A stretch of 64,000 bases of DNA from Psilocybe cubensis. Lineage: Eukaryota. Positions 1-12,974 of the stretch are shown here, piece after piece. The position numbers and the translations under genes were made by a program. The notes beneath the pieces were generated by a model. That model saw only the letters and a list, made by a program, of their open reading frames with translations, had not been told where the DNA came from and searched no databases. The stretch spans positions 1,364,001 to 1,428,000 of the forward strand of contig CM039000.1 of assembly GCA_017499595.2 (NCBI GenBank), written 5' to 3'. Each line of letters begins with the position of its first letter. Positions within the stretch are counted from its first letter, which is position 1.

Positions 1-190
1 TTGCTAGAACGACCTCCTTGGTTGAAGTTAGGACAGCAGAGTCTTTTTCTTTTGAGGAAGGGAAAGTGGCGTTGCGATCCGGGGATGGGGGAGTCTTCAC
101 GTCTGGAGTGTAAGGCAAGTGAACGGCCTCCAGGGTACCCTTCTCCGGATCCATTGGAGGCTCAGGGAATCCTTTGAGTTGGTCAGACAT
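1..190 (-). CDS. 5' end of a hypothetical gene running off the left edge (MSDQLKGFPEPPMDPEKGTLEAVHLPYTPDVKTPPSP...)
   Basis: ATG at 190 on the minus strand is open to position 1. It is preceded by a pyrimidine-rich leader and a TATAAAA about 95 nt upstream. DPEKG-type N-tails are common in fungal membrane proteins. Product unknown. Confidence 0.5.
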   Translation of the reverse strand, partial: MSDQLKGFPEPPMDPEKGTLEAVHLPYTPDVKTPPSPDRNATFPSSKEKDSAVLTSTKEVVLA

Positions 191-282
191 TGGAGGGGAA
201 AAGGGGATGAACGCCGGTAGCTCAAGGAAGTACTACAGTCCTAGAAGGAGGGGCGCAGAATCGGGTGCGTACATGGCTGACC

Positions 283-289
283 TTTTATA
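283..289 (-). promoter_or_regulatory. Putative TATA box (TATAAAA) of the left-edge gene
   Basis: Minus strand reads GCATATAAAAGG about 95 nt upstream of the ATG at 190. Confidence 0.4.
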
Positions 290-1519
290 TGCACCCACGT
301 AACCCAATAACAAGAAAAGTTATCGGTAAAGGATGCCTAGGAAATATTTTCCCAAATGGAACTGCACCAGCGACTGAGAGAGTAGTAAACTCGCAGGAAC
401 TGGGTTGGCTCCCCGGTAACGATTCCGGCGTTCCGGCACATCGGGGCCATGCGAATACATTTTTGCATTTGAACTCATGCCGCAGGGTGTAATAAGATAC
501 TTGGGAAATGTCTGTTCTGATATGCGATGCTAGATCTCCAAACTCAGCGGAGCGAGATGTCAACTATCTCGGTGGGATATGGGCACCTTGGTTTCATCTT
601 GATTCATCGAAATGGTCTGTAGACTGCCATAGGCCGCTGCGATCAGATTTTAGTCGGTGAATCTCGAAAAATGGGGAAGTGGATTTGCTGCAGCGCGATA
701 TATGAGAGATAACTATCTTGACGGCATTTGGCTGTAGATCCCAAACAATGGATATATCATGAGAAGATAATGGCCATCTTGAACGTGGTTCCACTGGAGC
801 ATGCCATGAATTTGAAGGCTAACGATGAAGAGAAATTCATGAAGGAACCGAATCCAGAGATTCGGAAATATTTTATTTTTAAACTTGAGAAGGAACCATG
901 GATCCCAATCTGTGACGACGTCGATGATTTGGAACGAACCACAATTAGGTATAGTGTACTCACGGAGATAGCGCCAAAGTAATGCGTCAAGAACCCGATG
1001 GGTAAAAATTGCCCTGGCCGCCGTCTAGGTTGCGTGTCGCAGTGGAATGCGCCAAAATTCTTCCTCACGGTATCGTGATGCCGGGTGGACAGCAAGGTCT
1101 TTAGACTATGCCGCCCTGTTAGCGGTAACTGATAACCTGGGGTAAAGTAATTATCGAACACGTCGGTGGTCGTAAGATGTCGATCTAGTCTTGATGAGAC
1201 GTTTAACGTCGAGTTGCCGATGGGTCCAATTACCAGCCCTAAGAGCACAGCCAGGGGCCGAAGACTATTTTTGGTGACAAGTTCCTTCACTCTATGAGCC
1301 TTCGACTTCGTACACGTTTCCCAGCTTATAGCGGTAACTGACACCTTCCGGATGTTGATGGGCAAATCGGCTGTCGAAGGTTCTCGGAAAGAAGCGTGAA
1401 GATAATATACAGTGTAGCCTAAAACAATCACTTTGCACTGGCATCGTAGATATACAAAATATCGCACATGAAAGATTTCGAGAATAGAATGAAATGAGAA
1501 GATAAAACGCCGGAATGAT

Positions 1520-3846
1520 TTATTCAGCTTCAGTAAATTCGCGCAACTCTTGAAGATGTCGGGAAACCTCTTGCTTGAAGTTGGCAATTTCTTGACTATT
1601 CTTCAAGATAGCTCGAACGGTGTCCTCCTTCAACCGATTAACCTTCTCTATCTGCTCTTGATAACTGTAAGGCTCTATGTCAGTAATTTGAACACGTCCC
1701 AAAAATGGCACATAGATACTGGACCTAAACTGAAGAGCCTGTAATCGTGATTTGACGCCTAGACCGTTCGAAATCGCGGCATTTCTGGCTGCAGCTAGTT
1801 CGCGCTCTAATCGTGCGGCTTCTGCGCTCGCAACCTGGGCTTCTTGTTGTGAGGCCTGGAGTGCATCAACCAGAAAGTCAGACACAAAAGATGGCCCGAG
1901 AGAATAAAACGTACGTCTCGGAGGTCGTCGGCCTGATCATTCAGGTTGCTGGCCTTCTTCTCCAATTCACACAGTTCATAGTCCAAATTTTTGCATTCGG
2001 TAGTGTATTGGTCAAGCTCGTTGCTGACCTTGACAGATTCGTTTTCTAGAGCCGCTCGTTCCAGACGCTTAGCCTCTGCTACACTACTAAGCGTAGGCCG
2101 GATGACCTTCCGAATATCTAAACCGACAAGCAGTTGTTGAGGATTGGATGATGCTGAATTGAGTTCCAAAGTCAGATCTACATCTTGCCAAGGCTCCGGG
2201 GGATTTGGAAAAAGGCCTAGTGATGAAAGCAGATTGGTGTATGCATCAAGTGCTTCTTCTACTGCGGCGGCGCGATTTGTGACTTTGACTTCCAAGGACA
2301 TAACCGTCTTGTGTGTTTCCGCTATCTTTTGCTTAAGGTCTTCGAGATTTCGTGTTAGCATTTCGCGATCTGTGTTCATCTTGATGACTTCTTCTGGCGT
2401 CAGATTCTGAGCCTTGACTGTCTCAGTGAGTTTGTTTAGTTCTGCTTTCAGCTCGTTCAATATCTCGGCTAGATTGAAATAAGAACACGAAAGAGAGCTG
2501 TAGTGGAGCAAGTTTCACCTCCTCTGTTCAATTCCGCTTTCTCGAACGCGATCTGTTCAATTAGTTTGTCGCGCCGAACTTCGTATCGTTCAAGTATCTT
2601 TTTAAGCTTCCCACAATCTTTCTGTAACTGTTCGTTCCGTGTTACCAAATCCGCAACTTGAGTCTATATGTATAGAAAGTATAAATGTGAAAGAGGAATA
2701 AGTATGACAGAAGTATTGACTTACAGCCGAGGCCTTGAGTTTATTGTATTCGGCCTTCGCCAGATTCAGCTTTTCGGTCTGTTCATCTAATTCTGCCTGA
2801 ATACGTTCGTTCCTTTTTTCTGGGTAGCCAAGAGTAAATTCAAACCATTTCAAGTATAGAATAATTGTCACACTAACGATAGCGCTCTTCCATGATCTGA
2901 TCCCATTTCGTAAATTCATCGTGACGATCCAGCCACATAGTGTACGCTTCTTCTTGATATTGGAATGCCAGAGCTTTATGATCATACGGATCGTCAAACT
3001 CTTCGGGAATGTTTGCAGGGTCTTGAATTGTAGGATGGCCGCTGACAAGGTAGTCAGTACGCATCTAAGAAAAATTATTAATAGCAAGATTAGGATTACA
3101 TGACTGCGGTGAATAATTACCTTGCATAATTCAACTAACCAGTGCAACACGCCGAGGAGATGTGGCCAAGAATATGAGCTAGCCACCGCCACCAGCCATT
3201 TTGTATCAATTTGATGGGCATATGGATACCTCAACGCCTTCAAAACTGGAATGAATTCGTCTTCAAATCGAGCGTCCTCTTTCAGCGGGTGACTCGGATC
3301 CAGTGTGAGGACCAGGGTATCGAAAATGGCGCGGTATTCTTTGCCTTGCGGACTGGTTAGCGCTTGCATTGAAATTTCGAAACCTGAATCATTCAGGTAA
3401 TTGTAAACATCCTGCCGCATCCTCGCTTGATAGGCCTTGTCCCGTAACGGGCGGTTGTCTTTCAGGAGTGTAAGAGATGAAGGAGGGCCCATTTGTCCGC
3501 CACCACCTCCCCAAGTAGATCCTCGACGGACTGAGCTATTACAAGGTTAGGGCACTAAATGAAAGTAACGGAGTTTCACATACGTTGACATTGGAGTGCG
3601 GCCATATTGTGGCTTACTCGTACTTTGCAGTAATGTATTGACATTCTGGGATCTCATCATAGACTGTCGTGGATTGGTATTTGGAACAGGAGGGACGGGG
3701 GCGCGGAGGGCTGGTCCTGCGAGCGACATTCTATGGTTGGATGAAGTAGAAGCTTTCTTGATGGTAGAAGGCATCGGAATTCCCGACCGTGCGTTGGAAA
3801 GAGGGTCAAGTGATGGTTGCATTACAGACCGTCTTCTTGAGTCCAT
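1520..3846 (-). CDS. NDC80: Kinetochore protein Ndc80/HEC1 (multi-exon)
   Basis: Basic R/S-rich N-tail (MDSRRRSVM...), then a CH domain (DNRPLRDKAYQ...LRYPYAHQI...WPHLLGVLHWLVELC), then long coiled coils. First intron is 3583-3536; stop TAA at 1520. Confidence 0.92.
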
Positions 3847-4123
3847 CGTGGTGCAAGGACTTTATCCTTTACTCGAAATATGGGCTTGATGTTTATCTTG
3901 TTCTAGTAGAAGTTGAGAATGAGCACTTCGCGTGACATACGCGTCTAGTCACAAACAGTGAACACCGTATCACATGACAGTTACCCTTTCCCACGATTAA
4001 CTTCGGATCGTCCAACTTGTTCTTTCATTCAGAAGGAGTCACAGACATTTGACAAAATGGCGCTTGCATTCACACTTTTCACTCATCTTCTGCAATCACC
4101 CTTTTCATTCTTTTCTCCTCATC
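3847..4123. promoter_or_regulatory. Short bidirectional promoter of NDC80 and MOG1 with MCB-like elements
   Basis: 277 nt between divergent ATGs. CGCGTGAC at 3929-3936 and ACGCGT (MCB consensus) at 3939-3944. Confidence 0.5.
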
Positions 4124-4770
4124 ATGTCTGTCGATCGTGAGCTCTTTGGAGGCGCTATCATTGCGAAGACGGCCCTTGATCTTACCGATGCGTCGTGAGT
4201 AAATGCATGGTCAGTACTCTGTTCCGCGTTGACACCCTGCGACAGCGACTTGCGTCAAGTACCAGACAACCAGGAGGTGTTTATGTACCCCAATTTTAAT
4301 ATCAGCATTGTCGTAGAGATCCTACAAAAAGTGGATCATTCCCACTTTAATGACGCAATACGGTATTATTTTTTCCTCTCTAATTGTAGATTAGCCATTA
4401 ACAAGACATTGGACTTCAATCTAGATTCCACTTTGACTCTTTAGCGCATGACAATTCGGCACGCTCTTCTGAAGTTCAAAGTGTATCTGTCATTCCTAAT
4501 GACAGAGGTGACGAAACACCATCGGTCGCCGTTTTAAAAGGAGTCCAATACATCCCCAAATTCAACCACACCACTCCCGACAAAGTCGAGATCTTGATGG
4601 GACTGTACCGTGTAGAGTCAAAAGGCATAGATCTGGTGGTTACTTTCAATGTTCCACTTGAGACGGTCGATGGAGGAGCGGTCGACAGCGGCGGCCTTCA
4701 AAAGGCGGAAGCTGACTTCGACACGTTCGTCCGTTCGTTGCGTATACTGGACTTCGACCTGTTCGCTTAA
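4124..4770 (+). CDS. MOG1: Ran-binding protein Mog1 (Mog1/PsbP-like), 3 exons
   Basis: Spliced product reads MSVDRELFGGAI...DASDLRQVPDNQEVF...SIVVEILQ...AIRFHFDSLAHDN...DLVVTFNVP...SLRILDFDLFA*, with the Mog1 signature motifs. Confidence 0.9.
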
Positions 4771-5981
4771 CGATCTAGCTGTAGATTCCCTTGGTCAGGA
4801 AATGTAAAACCAGATATATGGATCGCCCATTCGATAATGTATATCCTCCCTGTCGGCATTGGTTCCCATACTTTTGACCCCCTTACCGTTCTCGCCCTAA
4901 ATAAACGAGAACAGTGGTGAGTTGGAACAAATGGCTATTTATCAAAACTATCTTCCAATAAAGGAAACGCTTTCTGATCCTATCGAATTCGCTGTTTCGG
5001 ACTCCACCAAAAGGATTCCTCGCTGCTTGTTTAGACATCTCGATCAACCGTTCGATCATTTCTGTGTGTCTTTTATTCCTTTCTAATTCAACTCATGTGT
5101 TCTTTTACCACTGTATGCCATGATACCATTGCAAGCATTGATATCTCACGTATAGCAGTTGGCCCACTCTGTCGTTTCTCAAGTTCTGTGGGAGCAGTCC
5201 GAGATAACGCCGCCATCTAAAATGTTCAGAAGACTGAAAATCATCCCCATAGACAGCCCTGACTGAATGTCGAGGTTAAGCCATGTGCCTTTGACATGGG
5301 CCGAAGCGATCGTGCTCGAGCTCCCGCCCCGGCAGTAGATAGGCGTTGACTTTAACTTTCCAAGTACCCAAAGTGTTCAAACTCACAGTGGTCTCGTCAT
5401 AAAACGTAATGTTCGTTGTCATCAAATGACGCGTCCGTCAGCACAAGTGTCAGCCACCGGTTATTCGTCCAGCAGGCAAAGTAGCGTATGTCACCTGGCC
5501 TCTGTGCTTTCGTCGAAGATTGTCTACTAGAGAAAGACTTCCCAGTATGGCTGTCTTCGGAAGCGACATGTGAGAGCAATTTATCTTGTAAGAAAGGTGG
5601 AGTGGGTCCATAACAACCCTTCGCAAGCGAGGGTTATTTCTTTGCATATCTTCAGGGGCGGAAGATGAAGATGATTCATATACTTATATTTACATGGGAT
5701 TTCATACCCTTTTCAAGGCCTCCGGATTGCAATCAGTAGCCGTCCCAATATGCTCGATTTTCAACGTGCCGTTGGCACCGATACATACTTGATTCGTGAT
5801 TGGATATAGATACACGATGATGAGATAGGAAAGGGTCAGAAGGAATATCCGGTACTAGGTTACAGTCTGAGCGAACCGGAAGACAATATTAGTTAAAGCG
5901 CTCATTTGATAGTGCCAAGAAAGAGTGAGTGATAATGGCGGAACACATTGTACTTGCCTGTGTGGCCGTTAATGAAAACGG

Positions 5982-7712
5982 TCATCCGCGTGGATTCGAT
6001 TCATCAAGTTCTTCTTCTGCCTCCGGTTCTTCAATTATTCGCTCCCGAACTCCTGTGCTAGCGGCTTCGGCAGCTGCCTTGGCCTCTTTCTTGCGCTTCG
6101 CTGAATCCTTTAGTTTTTCCCATCGTTCACGGAATTTTGCTATCATAAGTTTCTGGAGGATGGATGTCTCGGTGTTAGTGTTTACAAGTGAAAACGAAGG
6201 ACGATGACGAACGTTCTTCTCATTTTCGACACGCATCAACCGCAGCTCATCTTCGAGTTCTTTCACCCGACGGGCGTATTGTGCTTCTCTCCCCGTATTT
6301 ATTCCTGGTATTGGAACTGCGGGGACGTCAATGTTAAGACTGCTGAAATCCAGGGGCGGTCCGGGCCGCTGCAACATCGTCGACGTCCCCAGTGCACGCT
6401 GGGCCTAGCAATCAATGTAGATATTGCTGATAAACGTATCATATGTCAACCGGACAACTTGCCTCTCTTGTGGCCATATATATACTGTTCCGGAGCTGAT
6501 GATCTTGCTCCTTACGCATTTTCAGTACCCTTTCAGTGGCTTCCAGCCGAGACTTCATTGAATTGATTTCAGCTTTCAATGTCTCGTTTTCTTTCTTCAG
6601 CACTGCGGGTGAGGGCTCGGCGCCAGAGGGGATTAAAAAGAAGGACCCTGACAGGTCATCCCCTGGACACAGATGATATTAGACATAGGAAAGAGACATT
6701 CCCCCGCAAGAATGTACCTGCTTCAAGAAAATCTTCGAAGTCGTCGTCGTCTTCGTAAGCAGCTTTCTTCAAGTTAGTGTTGGCAGTCTCGTGGCTGTTT
6801 TTCCTCGAACGACTACTCTTGCTTCCTTCACGGGACATACCGATCTTCCTCGTAAATCTAGAAAAAATAGGTTCATCGGCATCGGTGTCGCTACTTAGAT
6901 TATCATCTTTGCGAGTTTCCTCCGGTTTCTTCTCAGCAGATGGAGAATTAGGAAATTCAGGATCGTCAAGAGGCGCCGTTGCAAAGGCAACTGGCTGAGA
7001 CAGATTGTCGAGCATTCCTTGCATAATATTCCAAAATTGATTGAAGGCATCACCAGGATCTGACTAAGAGCATGGAAGTAACAAACAGACAAGTCAGGAT
7101 TATAGGTGCGTGCTGCGGTAGGTAATGTAGCTTACCCTTTGCCCGCCTAGAAGCATGAATGATTCATCGCCAGCGTTTTGCGAATCTGTCATGGCGGCTC
7201 GTAATGGCTGCGGTGATGACGTGTTCACCCTAGAGGGACCAGCGTATGAGTTAGAGTTCTGTCGTGGAGGGGGGTTCTTTGGAATATCTGATTTCTGGGG
7301 TAATGAGGGATCTTTCCCCTCTGCCTTCAACTGGTCAATCTTTCTCTGTAACTCTTTTGCAGCTTTACAGTGTTCATTGTAGAGCATCCGCAGCGTTCTC
7401 TTCGCCTGGTTATATCATATGAAAGGATATACATGAGCGTGTGCGGTCTGATAAGCGTTCTCACAGGTTTTTTGCACACTGACCGATTCATCGTTACTGC
7501 GCTCAATAGCTGCTATGTATGACACTGAGGCCTGATAATGCTCCTCAGCTGCCATAACAATAAGGCCTTTAGCGAGGTAGTCGTCTGCATTGGCTGCATG
7601 CTGGTGGGCCTGTTGGGCGAATCAAGAGATTGGCCCTATTAGCGCTGAAAAGATGCGAGTCAGTACATGTTGTTAGACATACTGCATTCATTGGTGTATC
7701 AGAGGGCGACAT
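5982..7712 (-). CDS. Atg38/NRBF2-like autophagy PI3K complex I subunit (MIT domain + C-terminal coiled coil)
   Basis: Spliced N-terminus MSPSDTPMNAAHQHAANADDYLAKG...EEHYQASVSY...AKRTLRMLYNEH resembles the NRBF2 MIT helices. C-terminus RVKELEDEL...ENEK...KFRERWEKLKDSAKRKK resembles the Atg38 coiled coil. Confidence 0.7.
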
Positions 7713-8836
7713 GGTTTAAGCTCAAATACATATAGTTATAATCGCGCACAAAGGAAAGAAAAGGTTATTAGCAGCAGAGAGGTTTGGATTGTTTAGCTCG
7801 GGGTCGAGATGAGTGACTTCTGTTTAGCAAGGGGCGTCGGGGGTTGCCTGTGGGTATAATCCAAATATAGTAAGACAGCCAAGGCAGTGCCAAGTTAAGA
7901 GTTGTACTCTTGTAAGTTAAAAATTAAGCAATGTACATACTTTGAATTACTGCAATATCCGGGATGGATTGTCCATAACATAGTATCTCTATACAAGTAC
8001 AATACTTAGCCTCGGCGCAGATGGAAAATAGTTAGGAGGTTCGAGGATATGGCTTGCAAATTTGACGATCATGGATATTTAAGTATAGTCGCAAAAAGAG
8101 CTCACGACTTGTTGGAAACGTCCCTCCCTAGAATTGTTCGAAACTCCGTAGAATAGCATACACTCGGTTATCTAGGAATATGGGCGAAAGAATTTAAACG
8201 ACGCTATAACCGTCATACACAGGCCAGATTATAGGTCTAGAAAACATGTAGGCCAGTTTCTCCGTTTCGGCACTGTGATGATAGTTAGACCGACAAGTCG
8301 AAATAGGAGCGGCGCATTTCGATATAGTAGACGCCGGGACCAATCTTTTTCTCAACAAAAGATTTACAGTGCCAGAGATCTTAAGAAATATGTGTATTCC
8401 AGTGTGAACAAAGCTGAGAAGAGATTCGGTGCGGCAGTCGCAAAGAGAAGCTCGGCGATAGACAAATAAGATAAATATATAACCTACCAATCGTTGGTCA
8501 ATACAAACCCGCTGAGAGCATTGGCGTACCTATGACAAAAACCCTGTGGAAACTCATAGAAAGGAAAATAAATAGACACAGAAACAGATATAACAATCCA
8601 AGTTTGATGCAAAGGCCTAGTGTTCGGCTGCGGAAGTTGGAGGCCGCAGGCGGTGGTGTAACGCGTGACACGTGACGGCGCGGAATTCTTGCTCAGCCGA
8701 GCACTCCTCTCTCCAATCTCTCTCTTACTCCTCCTCTGTCGTCAAGCAGTCTCTGAGCAGCCTTGGGCGTCATACAGCACATCTACTCTTCTTGTAGTCT
8801 ATTTGACTGCACTAGCCCTGCTCTCGCACTCCTATC

Positions 8837-11800
8837 ATGACCGCTGTTCCTGGTCCATTGTGAGCACTTTAACCTGCAGTTTGAATCATTCAGTTATCTC
8901 ATGTACTACATTCCTTGATTCCTTAGAACGAAGAAAATCAGGGTCACTGGTATGCTTATGCTGTTATAACCAGTCGTTACTAACGCAATACTAATCATTG
9001 TTTGGTTTGTCAGTCGTCGCTGCCGATGGGCTCTCGAAGCGCGATGTTTTCCGTCTCCCGGACCCCTTTGCTGTCATCACAGTAGACGGAGAGCAAACCA
9101 ATACGACTAGTGTTATAAAAAAGACTCTGAATCCCTACTGGAACGAGAGTTTTGATATGTGAATGACATCCTCCAATCCCATCTGAACTTGCAATCCTGA
9201 CTCACCGCTTCTCCAGAACCGTCAAGGATTCATCAGTTGTTGCTGTCCAGGTGTTTGACCAGAAAAAGTTCAAGCGAAAAGATCAAGGATTCTTGGGTGT
9301 TGTTAATGTTCGGGTCAGCGACGTTCTTGATTTAGATCTGGGCGGTCATGGTGCGTTTCAATTCATATCGTTCCACACCCCACAATTGATGATCAATTTG
9401 GTCAATGCTCAGAGATGCTGACTCTGGATCTCAAAAAGTCGAATGATAACCTAGTTGTTCATGGAAAGCTCATCATGTATTTATCAACCAATGTCGCCCA
9501 GCCCATATCCAACCCAGGCCCATCACAGTCTTCTGGGGTTACTGCAGCGTTATCTGAAATGGCACTAGGAAGCACTTCTCCTAGTGCAAGCACAGCCAAT
9601 CTCACAGTGAACAATTCAGTTGCCGGTTCAGCACTTTCAAGATCAGGCAGTTCTCACGCCACAGCAACTGATGGTGCTGGTCCATCCACGACTATTTCGA
9701 ACGGGACTTCTTCAGCCACTGTCACTGCCGAAGGCCAACAGGGAGCTAGTTCACGGCCAGTCAGCATGACCGCTTCCAGTACTACATCTGCTCCTACTCC
9801 AGCAGCAGCAGGCGGATCAGGTACAGCGGCATCAACTACCTCTCCCTCTACAAGTAATCAGCAGCAAAGCGCTCAAATGCGCAACTTCAACCCCAATGTC
9901 GATCAATATGGCGCTCTTCCTCCTGGTTGGGAGAGACGTATTGACCCTCTTGGCCGGACGTATTACGTTGATCACAATACTCGCACTACTACGTGGAATC
10001 GGCCGTCGGCTAGTGCTGCGGTGAACAATTCCACACAAGATAACGAAACGAATGCTGCCCGTGACCAGCATTCACGACGCATCTTGGTTGATGACGTCCT
10101 TGAAGCCAGTAACCCTAACTATCGTTCGAGCAATGTACCGGCTGCCACTTCTGCGACAACCACACCTCAACCTGAGCAGCCCGCTGCAATCACCACGAGT
10201 ACAGCCACAACGGCCGGATCAGGAAGTCTACCTAATGGATGGGAAGAGCGTTACACACCTGAAGGACGACCGTACTATGTCGATCACAACACTCGCACTA
10301 CAACCTGGGTGGACCCACGACGACAGACCATCATTCGTGTTATGGGTCCCAATGGACAAGGCTCAGGACTTCAACCACAAACTATCTCTCAATTAGGTCC
10401 TTTACCTTCGGGATGGGAGATGCGCCTCACGTCTACTGCCAGGGTGTACTTCGTGGATCACAATACAAAGACGACTACCTGGGACGACCCTCGTTTGCCA
10501 TCAACTTTAGATTCAAATGTGCCGCAGTACAAGCGTGATTTCAGAAGGAAGCTTATCTACTTCAGAAGTCAACCTGCTATGCGTGCTCAGCCAGGAAACT
10601 GCCAAATCAAGATCAGGCGAAACCACATCTTCGAGGACAGTTACGCGGAAATTATGAGGCAGACTCCCAATGACCTTAAGAAACGTTTGATGATCAAGTT
10701 CGATGGAGAAGATGGTCTGGATTACGGTGGTTTGTCAAGGTATTTATTAATCTTATCTATTGTTTTTTAAATGACGTTGTTCACAATTGTTTATTGTTGT
10801 GCAGAGAATTCTTCTTCCTGCTGTCTCACGAGATGTTCAATCCATTCTATTGCCTCTTTGAGTACTCTGCGCATGACAACTACACTCTTCAAATCAACCC
10901 AGCGTCAGGCGTCAACCCCGAGCATTTGAATTACTTCAAGTTCATTGGCAGATGTCTTGGCCTCGGTATTTTCCATCGCAGGTTCTTGGACGCTTACTTC
11001 ATCGTCAGCTTTTACAAGATGATCCTGAAGAAAAAGGTTACCCTGTCAGATTTGGAGAGCGTTGATGTGGAGTTACACCGCGGAATGACATGGATGCTGT
11101 GAGCTACTTTTCTTGCAAATCGGTTTGAAAGTTCCTGACGGGTGAAATACAGTGAGAATGATATTACTGACATCATCGACGAAACATTCACAACCACCGA
11201 GGAACGCTTTGGCGAGATGGTAACCGTTGAACTCATACCTGGCGGTGCAGACATCCCCGTTACAGAGGAAAACAAGAAAGAATATGTGGAGAGCGTTGTG
11301 GAATACCGTATTTCCAAGCGGGTGAAGGAACAATTCGAGGCTTTCATGTCAGGATTCAGTGAACTCATTCCTCAAGATCTGATAACTGTGTTTGACGAAC
11401 GAGAGCTCGAGTTGCTCATTGGTGGCATGTCTGAGATCGATGTGTACGTCTGCATAATATACCGTCTTTTCGTTTATAAACCGACATATCTTTGCAGTGA
11501 TGACTGGACCAAGTTCACAGATTACAGAGGTTATGAAATGAATGATGAGGTCATCCAATGGTTCTGGAAATGTGTCCGCAGTTGGCCACCGGAGCGCAAA
11601 TCGCGCCTGCTGCAATTCGCTACCGGTACATCGCGAATTCCTGTTAACGGGTTCAAAGATCTACAAGGATCCGATGGCCCAAGAAGATTTACCATTGAAA
11701 AGTCGGGCGATCCATCTCAGTTACCCAAGAGTCATACTTGCTTCAATCGCATTGATCTTCCGCCTTACAAGGATTATGCAAGCTTGGAACACAAGTTGAC

Positions 11801-11905
11801 CCTGGCTGTCGAGTACGTATCGTTTGTCCTTCAGATTAGGTTTGACGAAGTGTACTGATTTGATTAAACTCCTTCAGGGAAACCGTTGGCTTCGGACAGG
11901 AATAA
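8837..11905 (+). CDS. RSP5: NEDD4-family HECT E3 ubiquitin ligase Rsp5/Pub1 (C2, three WW, HECT)
   Basis: C2 domain ([21 protein letters not shown]...[12 protein letters not shown]), three WW domains ([24 protein letters not shown]), HECT with catalytic [10 protein letters not shown]-terminus ETVGFGQE*. Confidence 0.97.
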
Positions 11906-12974
11906 GCTTTTTCTTTCCCTTTCCCGAACACGATCTCATTCTGTTTTCTATTTGTCACCTATTCTCATTTTTACTCTCTTTTTCGTGGATTTCTCTTGTC
12001 TTTTTATGTCGTCTCGCCGTCATGTTCAATGATCAATCCAAGCCGTTTGATGATCAGTTGTTTTTAAATTATATACAGGTCCCCTCCCCCCCTTTACATA
12101 CACATCCCCTTTCACTCTTCCTTTATCTTTTTCTCCGCTTTTGCCAACTTCTGTACATCTACGATTTGTCACCCTGCTGTTCGAATGATGCTCAACAAAC
12201 TCACCATTTTGCAAAACCCAATCCGCAAACCACGATGACTTAATGATCAACTTCTATTCCCATTCCATTACATGGACAGCTACCAAGAAAATGAAGGAAT
12301 GCATGCTATACTACGAGTCCTTTAGTATATGTATATACTTGCTAATTCGCGATCCTTTCATCTTGTCTGTCCCCCCTACGCTTGCTACTGCTTCCCAGTT
12401 CTACCTCTACCTTGCTGCGCCTTCCTTTTTACCTTTTAGCTACCCGTTTTCGCGTATGAATAAATATGCCATTGTTCGTAGAGTTGCACATTGAATTCCA
12501 ATTATGATCTTTTCTTCTCTTGTCAGTCTAATTATTGTGCGCAGAACAGTCAAATTTGACATATGATTCGCGTTGAATGCGTCCATGAAATTGATTCGAA
12601 AACCAGTTATTAAGGCAATTCTAAATACATAGCACTTGTTGTGGAATAGCAGCAATAATATGTCGACTGTGTGCAAATATGGAAATAGAAAAGAAACGAG
12701 TAAGACATTGGAAGTACATACATCAATCACATAATTAAACATTTTAAGTGAGATAAAATGTTGCGGATTAGCAAGTACAAAATTATGGTCAGACCAGGAG
12801 GACATAAGGTTCTTTTAGGTTTGATAACAGTGTGGTCGTGTCAAATAACTGCAGGAAGCTCGGCTGAAAGAAGGAAAGGAGGCATGAAGGAATGTAGACG
12901 ATGGTGATGAACAGAGGTGGATAGAAATGCAGAAGACCAGAAAAGGATATATACGAGAAAGAAGGTAGAACATA

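Noticed and set aside
728-1587. ORFs 728-982 (+) and 757-1587 (-) between NDC80 and the left-edge gene
   Set aside because: The minus ORF overlaps the NDC80 3' end out of frame and has no protein-like motif. The plus ORF can be spliced into a short plausible peptide, but I found no start exon or family, so it is unsupported.
4880-5650. Possible small spliced minus-strand gene or structured ncRNA (hairpin at about 5615-5635)
   Set aside because: I could not build a consistent exon chain, and found no convincing RNase P/MRP, snoRNA or snRNA consensus.
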